Shown here: piece by piece, positions 24,891 through 36,949 of the stretch
Position numbering within the stretch: the first letter of the stretch is position 1
Layout: each line of letters begins with the position of its first letter
Source of the DNA: Azolla caroliniana
Taxonomy: Eukaryota > Plantae > Polypodiophyta
Reading direction: 5' to 3'
NCBI GenBank assembly: GCA_043228905.1
Contig: JBHGNT010000001.1
Location: 1,860,001 to 1,924,000 of the forward strand
Length of the DNA stretch: 64,000 nt
Translations under genes and position numbers: made by a program
The notes under the pieces: generated by a model
Database searches by the model: none
Told to the model about the DNA's origin: nothing
What the model saw: only the letters and a program-made list of their open reading frames with translations

Positions 24891-27800
24891 CTACCCTGCC
24901 ATCGCTTGGATGATTGTAAGAAAGTCCTTGCTTGAGTATTTTACACGAGCGGATAATGTTGTGGACATCTTTACCAAAGGTAGACATCCAGCTGAAGCCA
25001 ATGGTTGTGCGGTGACATCTATTATTTTGTGGGACCTACCACCTGGTGTTTGGAAGAAGGAAGTTCCCTTCCCAAGTCATTTTCAAATATAGCTGTCATT
25101 TTGTGTAGGGACCGTATTGCATCTTTCTCTTTTGTATGCTCCTATTAGTCCATTTCCAGTCCACTGAAAGAGAAGCTTATGATAATGTGTTTTCATGAAA
25201 CACTCAAATTGATCTCTTATATTAACTTAGAATGCAACTACAGCTTTATGTAAACTCTTTTGTGGTGGTTAACTTTTTCTTTCAGATGTGCATTCTTAAA
25301 AGCGAGAAGAGAAGTGCTTAAAACCTGCATGTTGTTAGTCAGCTTTTCAACATTGTTTTTCAATTGTATGAGTTGTTTCTCCAAGTTTTCTGCCACTTCA
25401 ATCTGTTACGATAGCATTGTTTTTGATACCAAATGAAAGAGAATACATTATATAAATGTATATTATATGATGAATCAAGTACAAATACTCTTTAAAGCTT
25501 TCCAAAAACTATGACAATGAATTTTTTTACAATTTGTGTCCTCAGCTGTTGATAGCAATGACTCAGTGAAGAATCAGTATCATTGGCAGAATTAGTGCTT
25601 TTGCGTCTTTCCGCTCTGGTGTTTGGCGAGTCATGGTTTCTGGATGGTGAAGGTTCCTTGTGCTGTTTTAAGAGAGGATCAAGTTTTAGACAGAATGATA
25701 TGAGGAAAGGGACAATCTTGTAATATCATCACTATTAATCTTTGTTTCATATTTTAGTATATGGTAAAAGATGTAGTCTCCTCACCAAATTGATAAAGTA
25801 ATTAGTGGTGAGCTATCATGATTCACAACTCATTTGTTAAGAATTGACACTATTGTTTAGAAGAGTGCATATTAATTTCTGGGTTTGATATTATTATTGA
25901 GAAATTAAGATTAGTATCATTGAGAAAATACATGTATTTTTCTTTCATTCTGGATTTGGTTCTCAAAGTTTTTGTCGGCAAACAAAATTCTTTTCTTCTC
26001 ATGAAATTGAATGATGTTTTTATTCGGAATAAACAACCAAATGCTTACTTGGCACGATACATTGTCAGAAGTGTGAGAACACATCGCTTTGTTTGTTCTC
26101 ATGGTGATTTCATTCTGGAGAGTAAATTAATTGATATGGTTATGGTGCAGAAGCATAATGATGTGAGTATCAAGTAATTCCTATAATGCTTGATTTTACT
26201 AATCTAGTTTACTATATGTCCATGCTCAGAGAAAAGAGAGAATATACATTTGTATTTGGTTCAAAACTGGACAATGGTGTTTGCTGATCCATCATATCGT
26301 CAGATCTCCTTGTTTCCATGAGCTGCGCGAAAAGAAAATGACTAGTATATTGAATTGTGTTGGTGATATAAGTGAGATTTGTAGAAAGTTTCCAGGAAAA
26401 ATAATAGATGGTTACCGGGTCTTGTGTTTGGGGTATGGCCTTTGCTTGGGACTTATTTGGTGACCTCCCTGTGCTTGTGAGTTCTGGTGCTTGTGATGCC
26501 TTTTCAAGTGCCAGTGATATTGTCTCATCCTTGACAATGAAAGGTTTCAAACTATTTCTTTGACTCTCTCTCTCATGTGTTTGTGTATCATAACACACGA
26601 CTATGTTTCAGAAACCAGCAGTTCTCTAGTACTTTGTTTATAAATTTTTGCAGTAAAATACCAACTGTTAAGGCAAAAGTCTTTCATAAAATAGTTCCCT
26701 TTAATTGTTACAAGTTATAACGCACAAATATATAAGAACAATTGTGTTGACTGATCACAAATTATGCTGCACAACAACAATCTAGAAAGGTAATATTCCT
26801 CACCATATGTAAAGCATCTATATTGGTTAGATCAATATGCTTCGAAAATTCTGACATTGTTGGGTCTCGTTTCAGTGCCTACATAACAAGGGGTGGTTGG
26901 TCCCAAATGATTTCTTGCTCGGTACACAACATTATCAATCATGAGATTAATGTCTTTCTTAAGCACACCATCACTTAGAGCTCAATTTGAATTGAAAAGC
27001 TTTTGAGATGATCTAGAGAATATTACCTTTCTTGCATGTGCTTGTTGTCGAGTTCGCTTTGCTAACTCGGTGTGCTTCTTTTTGCAAATCTTCAAGTTTG
27101 GAGCAGGATAATGGGATTAACCAAGTTAGAATCATTAGGACAACTTGATTTGTGAAGGCATTGCAGCATTGGCCGTGATTTTGTTGTGCATGAGAGATTA
27201 TTTTCGAATTTTCTAGAACAGAAACTTGTAACTTTGGATGGATTGATCATGAATATGGATTGGTAACTTTGTTTCTGCATGTGCATTGGGGGGGCCAGGG
27301 TCATGTTTCTCAAGCTTCTTTTTATTTTCTTACTTAAATATATACCTGTATGACATCGTGAACGAAGAGAAACTTCCTCTCGGCGAAGCCACGCGATAAG
27401 ATCTGAGGAAATAATTCGGAAAGACTTATATGGACTACTAATGTTAGAGCCACAGAACAGTGCACCAAGCCAAGCTTGGTAATTTCACATAATGATATAG
27501 GCCATGATGGATCAAAATATAACAAAATGTTTTTGCTATGATGATGATAATGATGTAAAAAGAAGAGACTCTAAATTGAAGCTTATTTAATGTGTGTGCA
27601 CATTTATATTTGTAATGATGAAGATTGTATGCACCTGGGCCACAGTGAGAGAGCACCGATAGCCGACGTCCTCCCTTAGGAACTTTAGTAGGCACTCCAC
27701 GAATCGCTAAAACCAAAATTTTATGAAGATCTCAACGAGTCTTCCAAAAACATACAAAAAGGAGTGGTAATTTTGGGGGAGTTTTCATGCATAATTAACT

Positions 27801-28645
27801 GAGAGGGGTATGTAGGTAATGAAATTTGCGTGCATTGATGCCTAACTAATAGTTGAATTAAAGTAAATTGAGAGAGAGGGAATGAATGATTTTTGTGCTG
27901 TTATTATTATTATTTACCAGATCGCTCTTTGCGAACAGAGCATATCCATTTTCCGATAGGTATTGTGCGACATGACGAGAGTAGCCAAGCAGGGCGTAGT
28001 GGAGCAGGGGCAGGATGCACACTGGGTTCCCTTCCTTCAACCTTAATCTCACACAAAAACCAATTCAATCTTAATATCATCAATTCCCCACCTCCAAAAT
28101 TTCAGTACTCTTAATTAATTACCATTTAAAGATTTTACACAAAATTACATGACATGATTCCCTTCATAACAGACTCTCTCGCTCGCTCCAGATTTCAGAG
28201 AAAGAACTTATGCATATTGATGCCCCCCCCCTTTCTCTGTAGTATATGCTGCAGTAATAATTTAAAAATTAAACCCATCATGCAATATGCATATATCCAT
28301 GTCTTAGAATTGTAGAGCATTTTGGACACTTCTCTTTTATTGTAAATTACTGTTAAAAGAAAGAAAGAAGGCTCTCATGAATCGCAAATCACGCAGAAGG
28401 CATTAGGGAAGTGGTCGGAATTTCTAAATATAAAACAACAAACAAAAACAAAAAACAAACCGAATGTTAAGAATTGGGGATGAAAATGGTTTAGTTATAA
28501 TTGTGGAAGGGAAGTGCGAATTCAGGAGATTGGGATTAGGGTTGAACTGATGTTACCCGTTAATGTCCGGGGGGTGGGGGTAGCCGATGGTTCGGAGCTG
28601 GACGCGGAGCCTCTCCAGGTTGCCTTCCATATCTCCTGTCGCCAT
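24891..28645 (-). CDS. CEP44: Centrosomal/centriolar protein CEP44 homologue, ~13 exons, ~373 aa (3' exons less certain)
   Basis: Exons 28645-28557, 28041-27918, 27706-27635, 27402-27346 and 27089-27027 splice in phase to MATGDMEGNLERLRVQLRTIGYPHPPDINGLKEGNPVCILPLLHYALLGYSRHVAQYLSENGYALFAKSDLRFVECLLKFLREDVGYRCSLTVAQILSRGFAERKFLFVHDVIQICKKKHTEL. This matches the CEP44 N-terminal domain (MATGD...YP...LP...YS...K.DLRF...GFAE.K...KKH.EL). Further phase-0 exons: 26878-26804, 26529-26416, 26322-26248, 26114-26049, 25662-25531, 25402-25325 (coiled coil), 25141-25043, 24968-24891 (TAG). Confidence 0.85.
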
Positions 28646-30073
28646 CGATAATATATATATATATATATATGTAGTATATATATATGGGATAACTAACTTG
28701 GACGATGATCTATATAGTTAATAATGAATTGCTGCTATGATTAATAAATGGATTTCTGAAGTTCATGCAGTTCATACTAATTTTGCAGGTTCAATCATCG
28801 ATCGCTAAATTTGTTTATCTCGCTCAATAATTCAGATTTACTACGACTGCTACTTGGGCTAGGTTTCCACTCTACTACTATTTCTCGTTGTAACTGTATG
28901 TCTGCTAAATTCCAGTGTCAAGTGATTTAGGGCTTTGAATCCTCATATGCCAAGAAGCCGCGGGTGCAGGGAGCAGCAGCAGGAGCAGGAGCAGGAGCCG
29001 CAGCAGACGAAGAAGATTAAAAATCTCACATTCTTTGTTTTTACGTTAATTTCTATTTTGTTTTTAATCCGCATGCCAAGAAGAAGAAGAAGTAAGGAAG
29101 GAAGGAAGGAAGGAAGGAAGAAGGTCTTATTTATTTATTTATTATCGACACTTTTTGTTTTTTGAAAAATTATTAAAATTAAAATGATGACTTTATTATG
29201 AATTTGGGCATTAGTTTTATACATACATATAGCATGGCCATTTTGGCCAATGTCCAAAATCAAATTGATTTATGAGGAACTTTGAGACAAACTGTAACTT
29301 AATTTCCATTAGGAGGAGCCCTTTCAAGTTTATCCTAGTAACTAACATGTGTGAACCATAAAATTCCATGATTTTGCCGCACTCGTCACACACCCTCGTG
29401 ATCCTTCCGTTGATTGTGCATGGTTCATGGTGTCTCCATTGTATGATTGTTGTTGCATTCGACCTCCAATTGCCGTTCAGACCATAACAATTGGTGTTTT
29501 AGTACCACCATCGTATGCTCATGACATGGTGTTTTCGTGAAACCTCTACCATGCACCTTATATATATAATATATATAAGAAGCTAGGTCAATCGAAAGGT
29601 CATGGCACAATCTGAGCTCAAAAGTACCTTAATCCATATGGTAAGTGAATTGCTTAGGGGCGTATGAAGGGCTACAAACAAAGGTTGTTCAAAATTTCAT
29701 TATTGATTGTTGTGTTATTATCCAATAACATTATTTTTTTCCCATTTAGAGATACTACTTTAGTATTTTTTTTATCTTTTGCAAGCCGAAGGCTACAACT
29801 CACATGAAGTCATGTTTTATTAGCAGTACATAGTCCATCATGGGGTGTACCGAATGGTACGAGTGAGATACATGCACATGATGACCTCTAGGAGATATGA
29901 TGAGACTCGCACCACGTTTCATCATGCAACTTGACATTTTTTATCTTCTTCATCGTCGAAACCGTCACCATCTTCGTCGCCATTACTTACGAGCACAAGC
30001 CACCCTTCATTGTCACCATCTGCGTCATCACCACTTACGAGCACAAACCGCCCTTTTTTAGGTAACACATGTA

Positions 30074-30143
30074 TGTTGGTGCGGGGAGACTCGAACCTCC
30101 AACATAGCGGCTGGAGTGTCCCCCCATTACCATTACACCAACA
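30074..30143 (-). other. tRNA-derived A-box/B-box module (SINE-head or LTR-end-like); not a functional tRNA
   Basis: Minus strand TGGTGTAATGG-N32-GGTTCGAGTC, bounded by an 8-bp inverted repeat TGTTGGTG/CACCAACA. No valid cloverleaf. Confidence 0.6.
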
Positions 30144-30545
30144 CATCACGGGTTATAAACCAATAACATATGTACACACATTGTAGAAATAAGCAACTAT
30201 ATTACAAACACAATTCCAAAACATGCCCTTAAAGACTTATGCACTAGTCACGTACATTGTGGTACGTAACATTTCATTTGTTCTAGAATGAATGTGAAGC
30301 CGTTGTAAATTACATTTGCTTCAAACACTTGGGCAAAACCTTGCTTATTATACACCAACTTCTACCAAATGCAAGGTTTGCATGGTTTTGTCAATCTTAT
30401 GTATAATGCTAAGCAAAACTAGGTTAATGAAGTGTAACCTTCTTTCTATATACTCACGAGATGTTTTATTGCATGCCGACCTTAGCATTGGCCAATAGTT
30501 GTATTGGGATTGGACCACATTGTGTGAGCTACTACTATTATATTG

Positions 30546-31200
30546 TGTTGGAAGACAGGTCCCTTCGGATGGGAAGGGAGAAGAACAGTGCTGATGAACA
30601 AACTTAGCCGAGGCCGAAACCAGATGACGAGTACCTGGCTTCGGAGAGCCGGATGGTGCAGACCCGGTGAGAACCGGATGAGGAGTACCTGGCTATGGAG
30701 AGCCGGATGGTGGAGACCTGGTGAGGAGTGCTAACTGGATGAAGAGACATATTCGTAAATGTGTTTCTGAGAGTCCATCATGGCTATATTTATAAATAGC
30801 TGAAAAGTCATATTAGTATAAATATGACTTAGGGCAAACTTTTAGTTATGATGTTATTCTTGTTGGTGCAAGAAGAGAGAGCGCGTAACAGTGTACAGAG
30901 AGTGAGAGAGAGAGGAAGAGGTTGTTGCCTCTGTTGTAACCGCCGCCTGTGGCGAAGGTCGTGAGCGCGAGGTCGTTGCCTCCGTGAGCTCACTGTTGTA
31001 ATCATTGTGATATAGTGATAGTTTGGAGTCTGTGGACTCCCGTGGTTTTTTCCCTCTCAGGGTTTTCCACGTTAAACATCCTGTGTACCTTCTTTTTTTT
31101 ATCTCCTTTGTGTCGTGTCTTTCGTTTCCCGTTTTCTGTGTATGATTCTAAGCTCGGTTGTGGCCAAGCGTTGCGTATAGGGAGCGTGCAGTTCCTGTCA
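30546..31200 (+). mobile_element. Solo LTR (copia-like), 655 bp
   Basis: TG...CA ends with perfect 5-bp TSD TATTG (30541-30545 and 31201-31205). TATA-like TATAAATA, a GA tract, copia-type gtggttttt...gggttttccacgt motif and a ~54-bp internal tandem duplication at ~30616-30724. Confidence 0.88.
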
Positions 31201-32457
31201 TATTGAGAACATTGGCTCTATGTGAGTGATGAACTAATATTGAACTTAGTACTTGTTGAGTGTGAGCAAATGCCTACAACCTTAGATGTGTGAACAATAA
31301 GAAGAGGTGAAGTTGAGTTAAGATAGGCGTGTCAACCATTCAAGCTAACTACTCAATATATAAAGAAAGAAGAACCTTAGGTTACGTCGTACATTGCATC
31401 CTTTGAGTTGTATCTGCTTGTGTTGTTCTAGGTTTTGGGACATCTGATGTGTGTAGAGACACATAGATTCAGGATTTGCTTTTCTTGGACCAACAGAATA
31501 GTTTGAATATGGCTTTAATATCCATCATATACCTTAAAGTGATTGAGTTGGGTAGACAACACTAAATCTGCAATTTACATTCCATTCTTGCACACAACAA
31601 ATCAATGAGTATTATTCTTGGTTGTTTGATCATTGTCATGGTCAATTTTGATGTGGTTTGGGCAAGATGTTTTGGCATATGATAAGTTATGCTAACAATT
31701 GATTGAATAGGAGATAAGTGTAACAAATGAAAGTTAGTCTATATAAAGTTGTTATGTCAACAATTGTTGGCTTTTGGATAATATCGCTTACTATCTTGGA
31801 ATTATAGGAAGTTCGAGACATAATGAAATCTTGGAAAAGAGAAACATAGGGATGGCCATCCAACATGGGAATAGGAATTATTATTCTCAATTGGAAAATG
31901 GGATGACTTTAGTTATAAGGTTTTTGCTAAAACCTTCCTCGTTGACATTGATCGACAAGCATATGTCAAATGTTGTTAAATACAAACTTCATCTCTTATC
32001 TAATACTTTTTCCATTTGCATTTTAAACTTGAAGTCCATCTCCTTCAACCATTGGTTTTAATTTTATGCAATTTGTTCTTTCAAATAACGTCAACCAACA
32101 TCCAACTTTTAGAAATTCAAGATTTCCAACAGCTCGCAGGTACAAGACAATGCTTTCAGACTCTCCTTTAACATACGATTTCTTATTTATATGCAAATAT
32201 TGTTTTGTGGGGGCTGGAAGTTTTGGTAACAACTCAATCCAATCGAACCACTTATGTTAACACTCCACAATTTGCATTGACGTGCAATCCTTATCCAAAA
32301 GATTGCCTGCTGAACTGCTAAGTTGTTATGAACCCTAAAGATGCTCAAGACATTAGGCTTCTTTGGAGATTTCTTTTAGTTACATACATCAGAAACTACA
32401 AATGGTTATCATTCCAATAAGACATCTCCTTACCTTCGACAAATTCATATATAGGGT

Positions 32458-34728
32458 TCAATTTATCTCCATGGAAGTTTTACCTACCACTTTCCGTGCA
32501 CATGCATTGCCTCGCAAATGGTCAATATATGTCACATGTTCCCACATATTAGCAGAAGCATAAATATTAGACATTAACACATACATGGCCCCAATTTCTG
32601 GATTCAACAACACGAGTTTGTCAAAACATTGTCTTCCAAGTTTTACATTCCCGTAAGTTTTACACGCCGTTAGCAAAGACATCCATCCAATAATATTACA
32701 CTGAGAAGATGAGATATTAAGAATTTGTTTCGCATCATTTAGGTAGCCAGCTCCTCCAAGGAGATCCACCATACAAGTAACATGCTCTATAGTTGGTATG
32801 ACCCTGTAAGTCTCCATGATATTAAAGTAAAACTCACCTTCCTTGACAGCACTTTCCTGACAACATGCAGAGAGGAGGCTAGTAAATATTACACTATTCG
32901 GTTTAAAACCATGTTGTTGCATTACTTCGAAGAAAATATCAACTAATCTGTAGTTTCCTTGAATAGCATATCCACCAACCATACTACCCCAAGCTACAAT
33001 CTCTTGAAAAGCTAAACAATCAAATAGTTTGTGAGCCTCTTTGATGCACCGACATTTCACATACATGTCAATCAACGCATTCCCAATTGCTGTGTCACAT
33101 TCATGTCCACTTCTGACAACATGATTATGTATAAGTTTTCCATGCATCAATGTGCTTGTAATCGAACATGCTTTTAGTGCAGACAAATAAGCAACTTTAT
33201 CAGGCTCGATACCCTTTCGTTGCATTCTTGTAAAAAGCTCCAAGCCAAGCAAACCATCACCATGTTTAACATATCCTCCCATCAAAGAACTCCATGACAC
33301 CTTACTTGGATTCTTTAAACTATCAAACACTTTGAAAGCATCTTCAATGCTTCCAAACTTTGCATACATGTCAACTAGCATATTTCCAATTGCCTCATCA
33401 GATTCGAAATTATCGTGAATGATCCCATGATGGATGTGCTTTCCGTTGTGCTGCAATTGAGTGCTCATGATTCCTTTCAACACACACAAGTATGTTACTA
33501 TTCCTGGTTTCATTCCTTCCTTTTGCATTTGCTGAAAGAATTTGTAGGCAAGAATATCATGGCCATTTTGAACATGTCCAGCGATAATTGCACCCCATGA
33601 GACCACATTATGATGTGGTTGCATATCAAACACACAATGTGCCTCATTAAGGCTCCCACATTTTGCATACATGTCAATCAATGCACAATCAATACCATAA
33701 TATTCTATCTTCATTCCACTTTTAATAATGTGATGATGCAGAAGCCTACCTTGATCTATGGCTTTACTACCTCCACATGCTTTTAATGCATTCAAGAAGA
33801 CGACTTCATTCATTTCCACGTGATTTTCTTGCATCTTCTTTAGAACTCGAAGTGCACAAGAACACTGTTCATGGGTGGCATATGCACTGATCATAACTCC
33901 CCACGAAACGATACTTGGTGTTTTCAACTTATCGAAAAGTACACATGCCTCATTCAAAGCCCCACATTTTGAATACATGTCGATGAGTGTGTTTGTAACT
34001 GTGACTTCTGTTTCTAGCCCATTTTCTGTGATTTGGGCATGCAAAAGGTTGCCTAGTATCATTGAACCCATAAGCCCACACACTTTCAATGCTGAGATAA
34101 ACATGACTTTGTCAGGCTTAATAATACTCTGATTTTGCACATCTTTAACAATTTGGAGGGCATAATCCCCGCATTCATTGATAATGAGCCTATCCAAAAA
34201 TGCACTCCACGTGACATGGTCTTTCCGAGGTAAATTATCAAACACTTTACGAGCATCTTCAACACGACCGCACGATGCATACATATCGACAATAGAACTA
34301 CCCACATCGACATACAATTCAAATCCATCCCTAATAATGGAATCATGTATGATCTCTCCACACATTACGATGCCGGAAACACCACATGCTTTAAGTATAC
34401 AAGTATATATGTACCGATTTGGCTCGATGCCATCTTGAAGCATGATGTGATACATGACGAGGGCATGATGATGTTCTCCATGGATGACATGTGAAGAGAT
34501 GATGGCATGCCAAGTGTATATGCTAGGATGTGGTATGGTGACAAACACAAGATTTGATTCAAACAGAGTACCAAAAGATCCAAAGAAACGAATGAAATAG
34601 TCATTGGAGACTTGTAAGGGTGTGGTGTTGAGGATGAATAGGGAGGAGTAGAGGTGTCTACCTGATCTGATATCTTTCTTCTCCGCATAGCTTCGGAGGA
34701 GATGAAGTATTTTGTGGAGGGATGTCAT
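32458..34728 (-). CDS. PLS-class PPR protein with E1/E2 domains, no DYW (~756 aa from MTSLHK)
   Basis: PLS repeats, E1 (WMSLLTACKTYGNV) and E2 (YVLMSNIYASANMWE...RKVVGKTSMEIN*). The upstream ORF extension to 35013 is microsatellite-derived, so the likely start is ATG 34728. Confidence 0.9.
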   Translation of the reverse strand: MTSLHKILHLLRSYAEKKDIRSGRHLYSSLFILNTTPLQVSNDYFIRFFGSFGTLFESNLVFVTIPHPSIYTWHAIISSHVIHGEHHHALVMYHIMLQDGIEPNRYIYTCILKACGVSGIVMCGEIIHDSIIRDGFELYVDVGSSIVDMYASCGRVEDARKVFDNLPRKDHVTWSAFLDRLIINECGDYALQIVKDVQNQSIIKPDKVMFISALKVCGLMGSMILGNLLHAQITENGLETEVTVTNTLIDMYSKCGALNEACVLFDKLKTPSIVSWGVMISAYATHEQCSCALRVLKKMQENHVEMNEVVFLNALKACGGSKAIDQGRLLHHHIIKSGMKIEYYGIDCALIDMYAKCGSLNEAHCVFDMQPHHNVVSWGAIIAGHVQNGHDILAYKFFQQMQKEGMKPGIVTYLCVLKGIMSTQLQHNGKHIHHGIIHDNFESDEAIGNMLVDMYAKFGSIEDAFKVFDSLKNPSKVSWSSLMGGYVKHGDGLLGLELFTRMQRKGIEPDKVAYLSALKACSITSTLMHGKLIHNHVVRSGHECDTAIGNALIDMYVKCRCIKEAHKLFDCLAFQEIVAWGSMVGGYAIQGNYRLVDIFFEVMQQHGFKPNSVIFTSLLSACCQESAVKEGEFYFNIMETYRVIPTIEHVTCMVDLLGGAGYLNDAKQILNISSSQCNIIGWMSLLTACKTYGNVKLGRQCFDKLVLLNPEIGAMYVLMSNIYASANMWEHVTYIDHLRGNACARKVVGKTSMEIN

Positions 34729-34777
34729 GCCTGTAGAGAGGAGCCATTCTAGTCTAGCTAATGAAACACAAAATGGA

Positions 34778-35095
34778 GTTTCACTCTGTTTTGTAATGTA
34801 GTCCTTGCTGTGAAGGCTGCTGGTACATATACATACAAAATGGATTTTCACCCTGCATTGTAATGTAGTCTTTGTTGTGGAGGCTGCTGGTACATATACA
34901 TACATACAACAGACAGACAGAAGACATGCATTCATGCATACATATACATACATACATGATACATACATACATATATTATAGATGCATACAACAGACAGAC
35001 AGAAGACATGCATTCATGTATACATATACATACATACATACATACATACATACATGATACATATTACATACATACATATATTATAGATGCATACA
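34778..35095. repeat. Short tandem duplications plus (ATAC)n microsatellite upstream of the PPR gene
   Basis: tgtaatgtagtc...ggctgctggtacatatacatac x2 and caacagacagacagaagacatgcattcatg x2. Confidence 0.8.
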
Positions 35096-36949
35096 CACCC
35101 CTGTGTTTTCGTTATTTCTCTATATGCCCCTTCTCCCCTCATGCTATTCCCCTTATCCATTCAATAGAGTAATTATATACTTAAGTTAAAGAATTAGGGA
35201 AAACTTTGACACCTTGATGATGATATACATTGGAACATGTGGTGGTTGAGCTTGTACAACAAGAAGCCATTGAAGAACTTATCGTGGGGAATGTAGTCAT
35301 CATGCTTTTGTTAAACAGAGATGTATGCACTATCAAGAAATACTTAAGAACTTGATGTACACAAGCTTATCAATGAGTTGGAAAACTTTTGCATACATAT
35401 TAGGTTGTGTCAATAGCTCCAAAACAAAGATGATGCTTATGAAGACTCTCAATGAAGATAAACCATGGATTATGTAAGATAATGTGACACTTGAAGTAAT
35501 AGAAATCTTTAAAGACCTTTGTCTTTAGGCTTGATCAACCCCACACACTGAAAATGTTTCTCTTTAGTTCCATGTGCATATTTAACCTCTAAATAGGATG
35601 ATAAACTATGTGTTGTGCAATAATGCCCTCTCTCAAAACAAGATGCCATTTGGTCATTGTAGATTGAATACACTCGTTCATTATCAAGTGGTAGGTTGCT
35701 ATTCATAGATAATAAATCCATCGGAGTGATGGTCGACCTTTGCTTGCCATGATAGACCCACCTTTTCCTTTTTGGGGCTCCTTTCATGCATTTGACATGT
35801 CACATATTGGTTTGGTAGTATTCTAATGCTATTTATATCATTGCATACATATTTAATGAAAACCACCTATGTCTAAAAGTTCTAGATTTATTGTGTAGAT
35901 AAACAATAAAGCCTCACTTCATGTGATCTTTTCTCTTAGTTGTTAGGTCTTATGGTGTGCGTTAGGATGACGTAATCATGACCTTTGCATATTTTATACC
36001 TATGTTGTCTTTGATGTTATTTCCTTTCTCAAACATTATTGTTGCAATCCAACTGTTAAATGACATAACTTTGTTGATCATTGTTTTCCTTCCTTCATAC
36101 ATGTTCACCCCTTGTATGATAAAACTTTTGATCCATTTTATTGATGCATATGTAATTGATGCAATACACATGGTTTTGATGCATGTGTCTTTCTTATGCT
36201 CATTGTTCTTACAAGCGTGACAAGGGTGTCTTAGTCTCTTCAATCATCCAGTATTTATGATACTTGATGCATACTCACAACTTCAGAAAGGTTGTTCTTT
36301 GAGTCAGGTTTCGTTCTCTATTATTATGTTGAGAATTGTGATGTTGGTCATATGATAAGTCACATACGCTATAAGGAGCTGAACGTTTGGAATATCAAAA
36401 TTTTAAGAAAAGATAGTTAAAAATATTATATAGTACTTCTTAACACTAACATTGGACAATCCCAAACTATTAGAACTCATCTTCTAGAGAATGTATCTCT
36501 GTTGATTATTATTATATTTCATTAGGAGAAGATAAAGATGATGTTATGAGTTTGTGCCCTTTTGTAAACCAAATCATTAAAAACTTGAAATGCTTGCACA
36601 CGACAACAATAATTTTAAGTCAGTGCTTTTAATAGATATATAGATCCTACCATATTCGCCTATGGCATGCCTCTTCTTATAGATATGTAGATCCCACTAT
36701 ATTGTATTGTGGCACATTTCTTCTAATGCGGATTAAAGCCAAATAACAATGAGAAAGATTCTATTATTTCAAGGGGGGGATGATGGGACAAAAGGTAATA
36801 CAACGACCATACCAAACGCTCCCAAAATTAACACAAATAAAAACTAGATATAAATATAAGTTATGCAACTAAATCAGGTTAAAAGTTTACTAAGTCCTAT
36901 GGTTCAGATTTACTAGCACCAGTATCATGTCTCAAAATAAAGGATCTGT

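Noticed and set aside
26530-26600. Frameshift between CEP44 exons 6 and 7
   Set aside because: An in-phase AAG acceptor at 26532-26530 resolves the phase.
28590-28625. miRNA or miR162 target-like sequence
   Set aside because: The match is poor, and the sequence is the antisense of CEP44 exon 1.
34729-35013. N-terminal 95 aa of the 851-aa PPR ORF
   Set aside because: Largely microsatellite and tandem-duplication derived. ATG 34728 is the more plausible start.
35200-36300. Gypsy integrase remnant
   Set aside because: Only a PMDL-like word is visible, which is too little to call.
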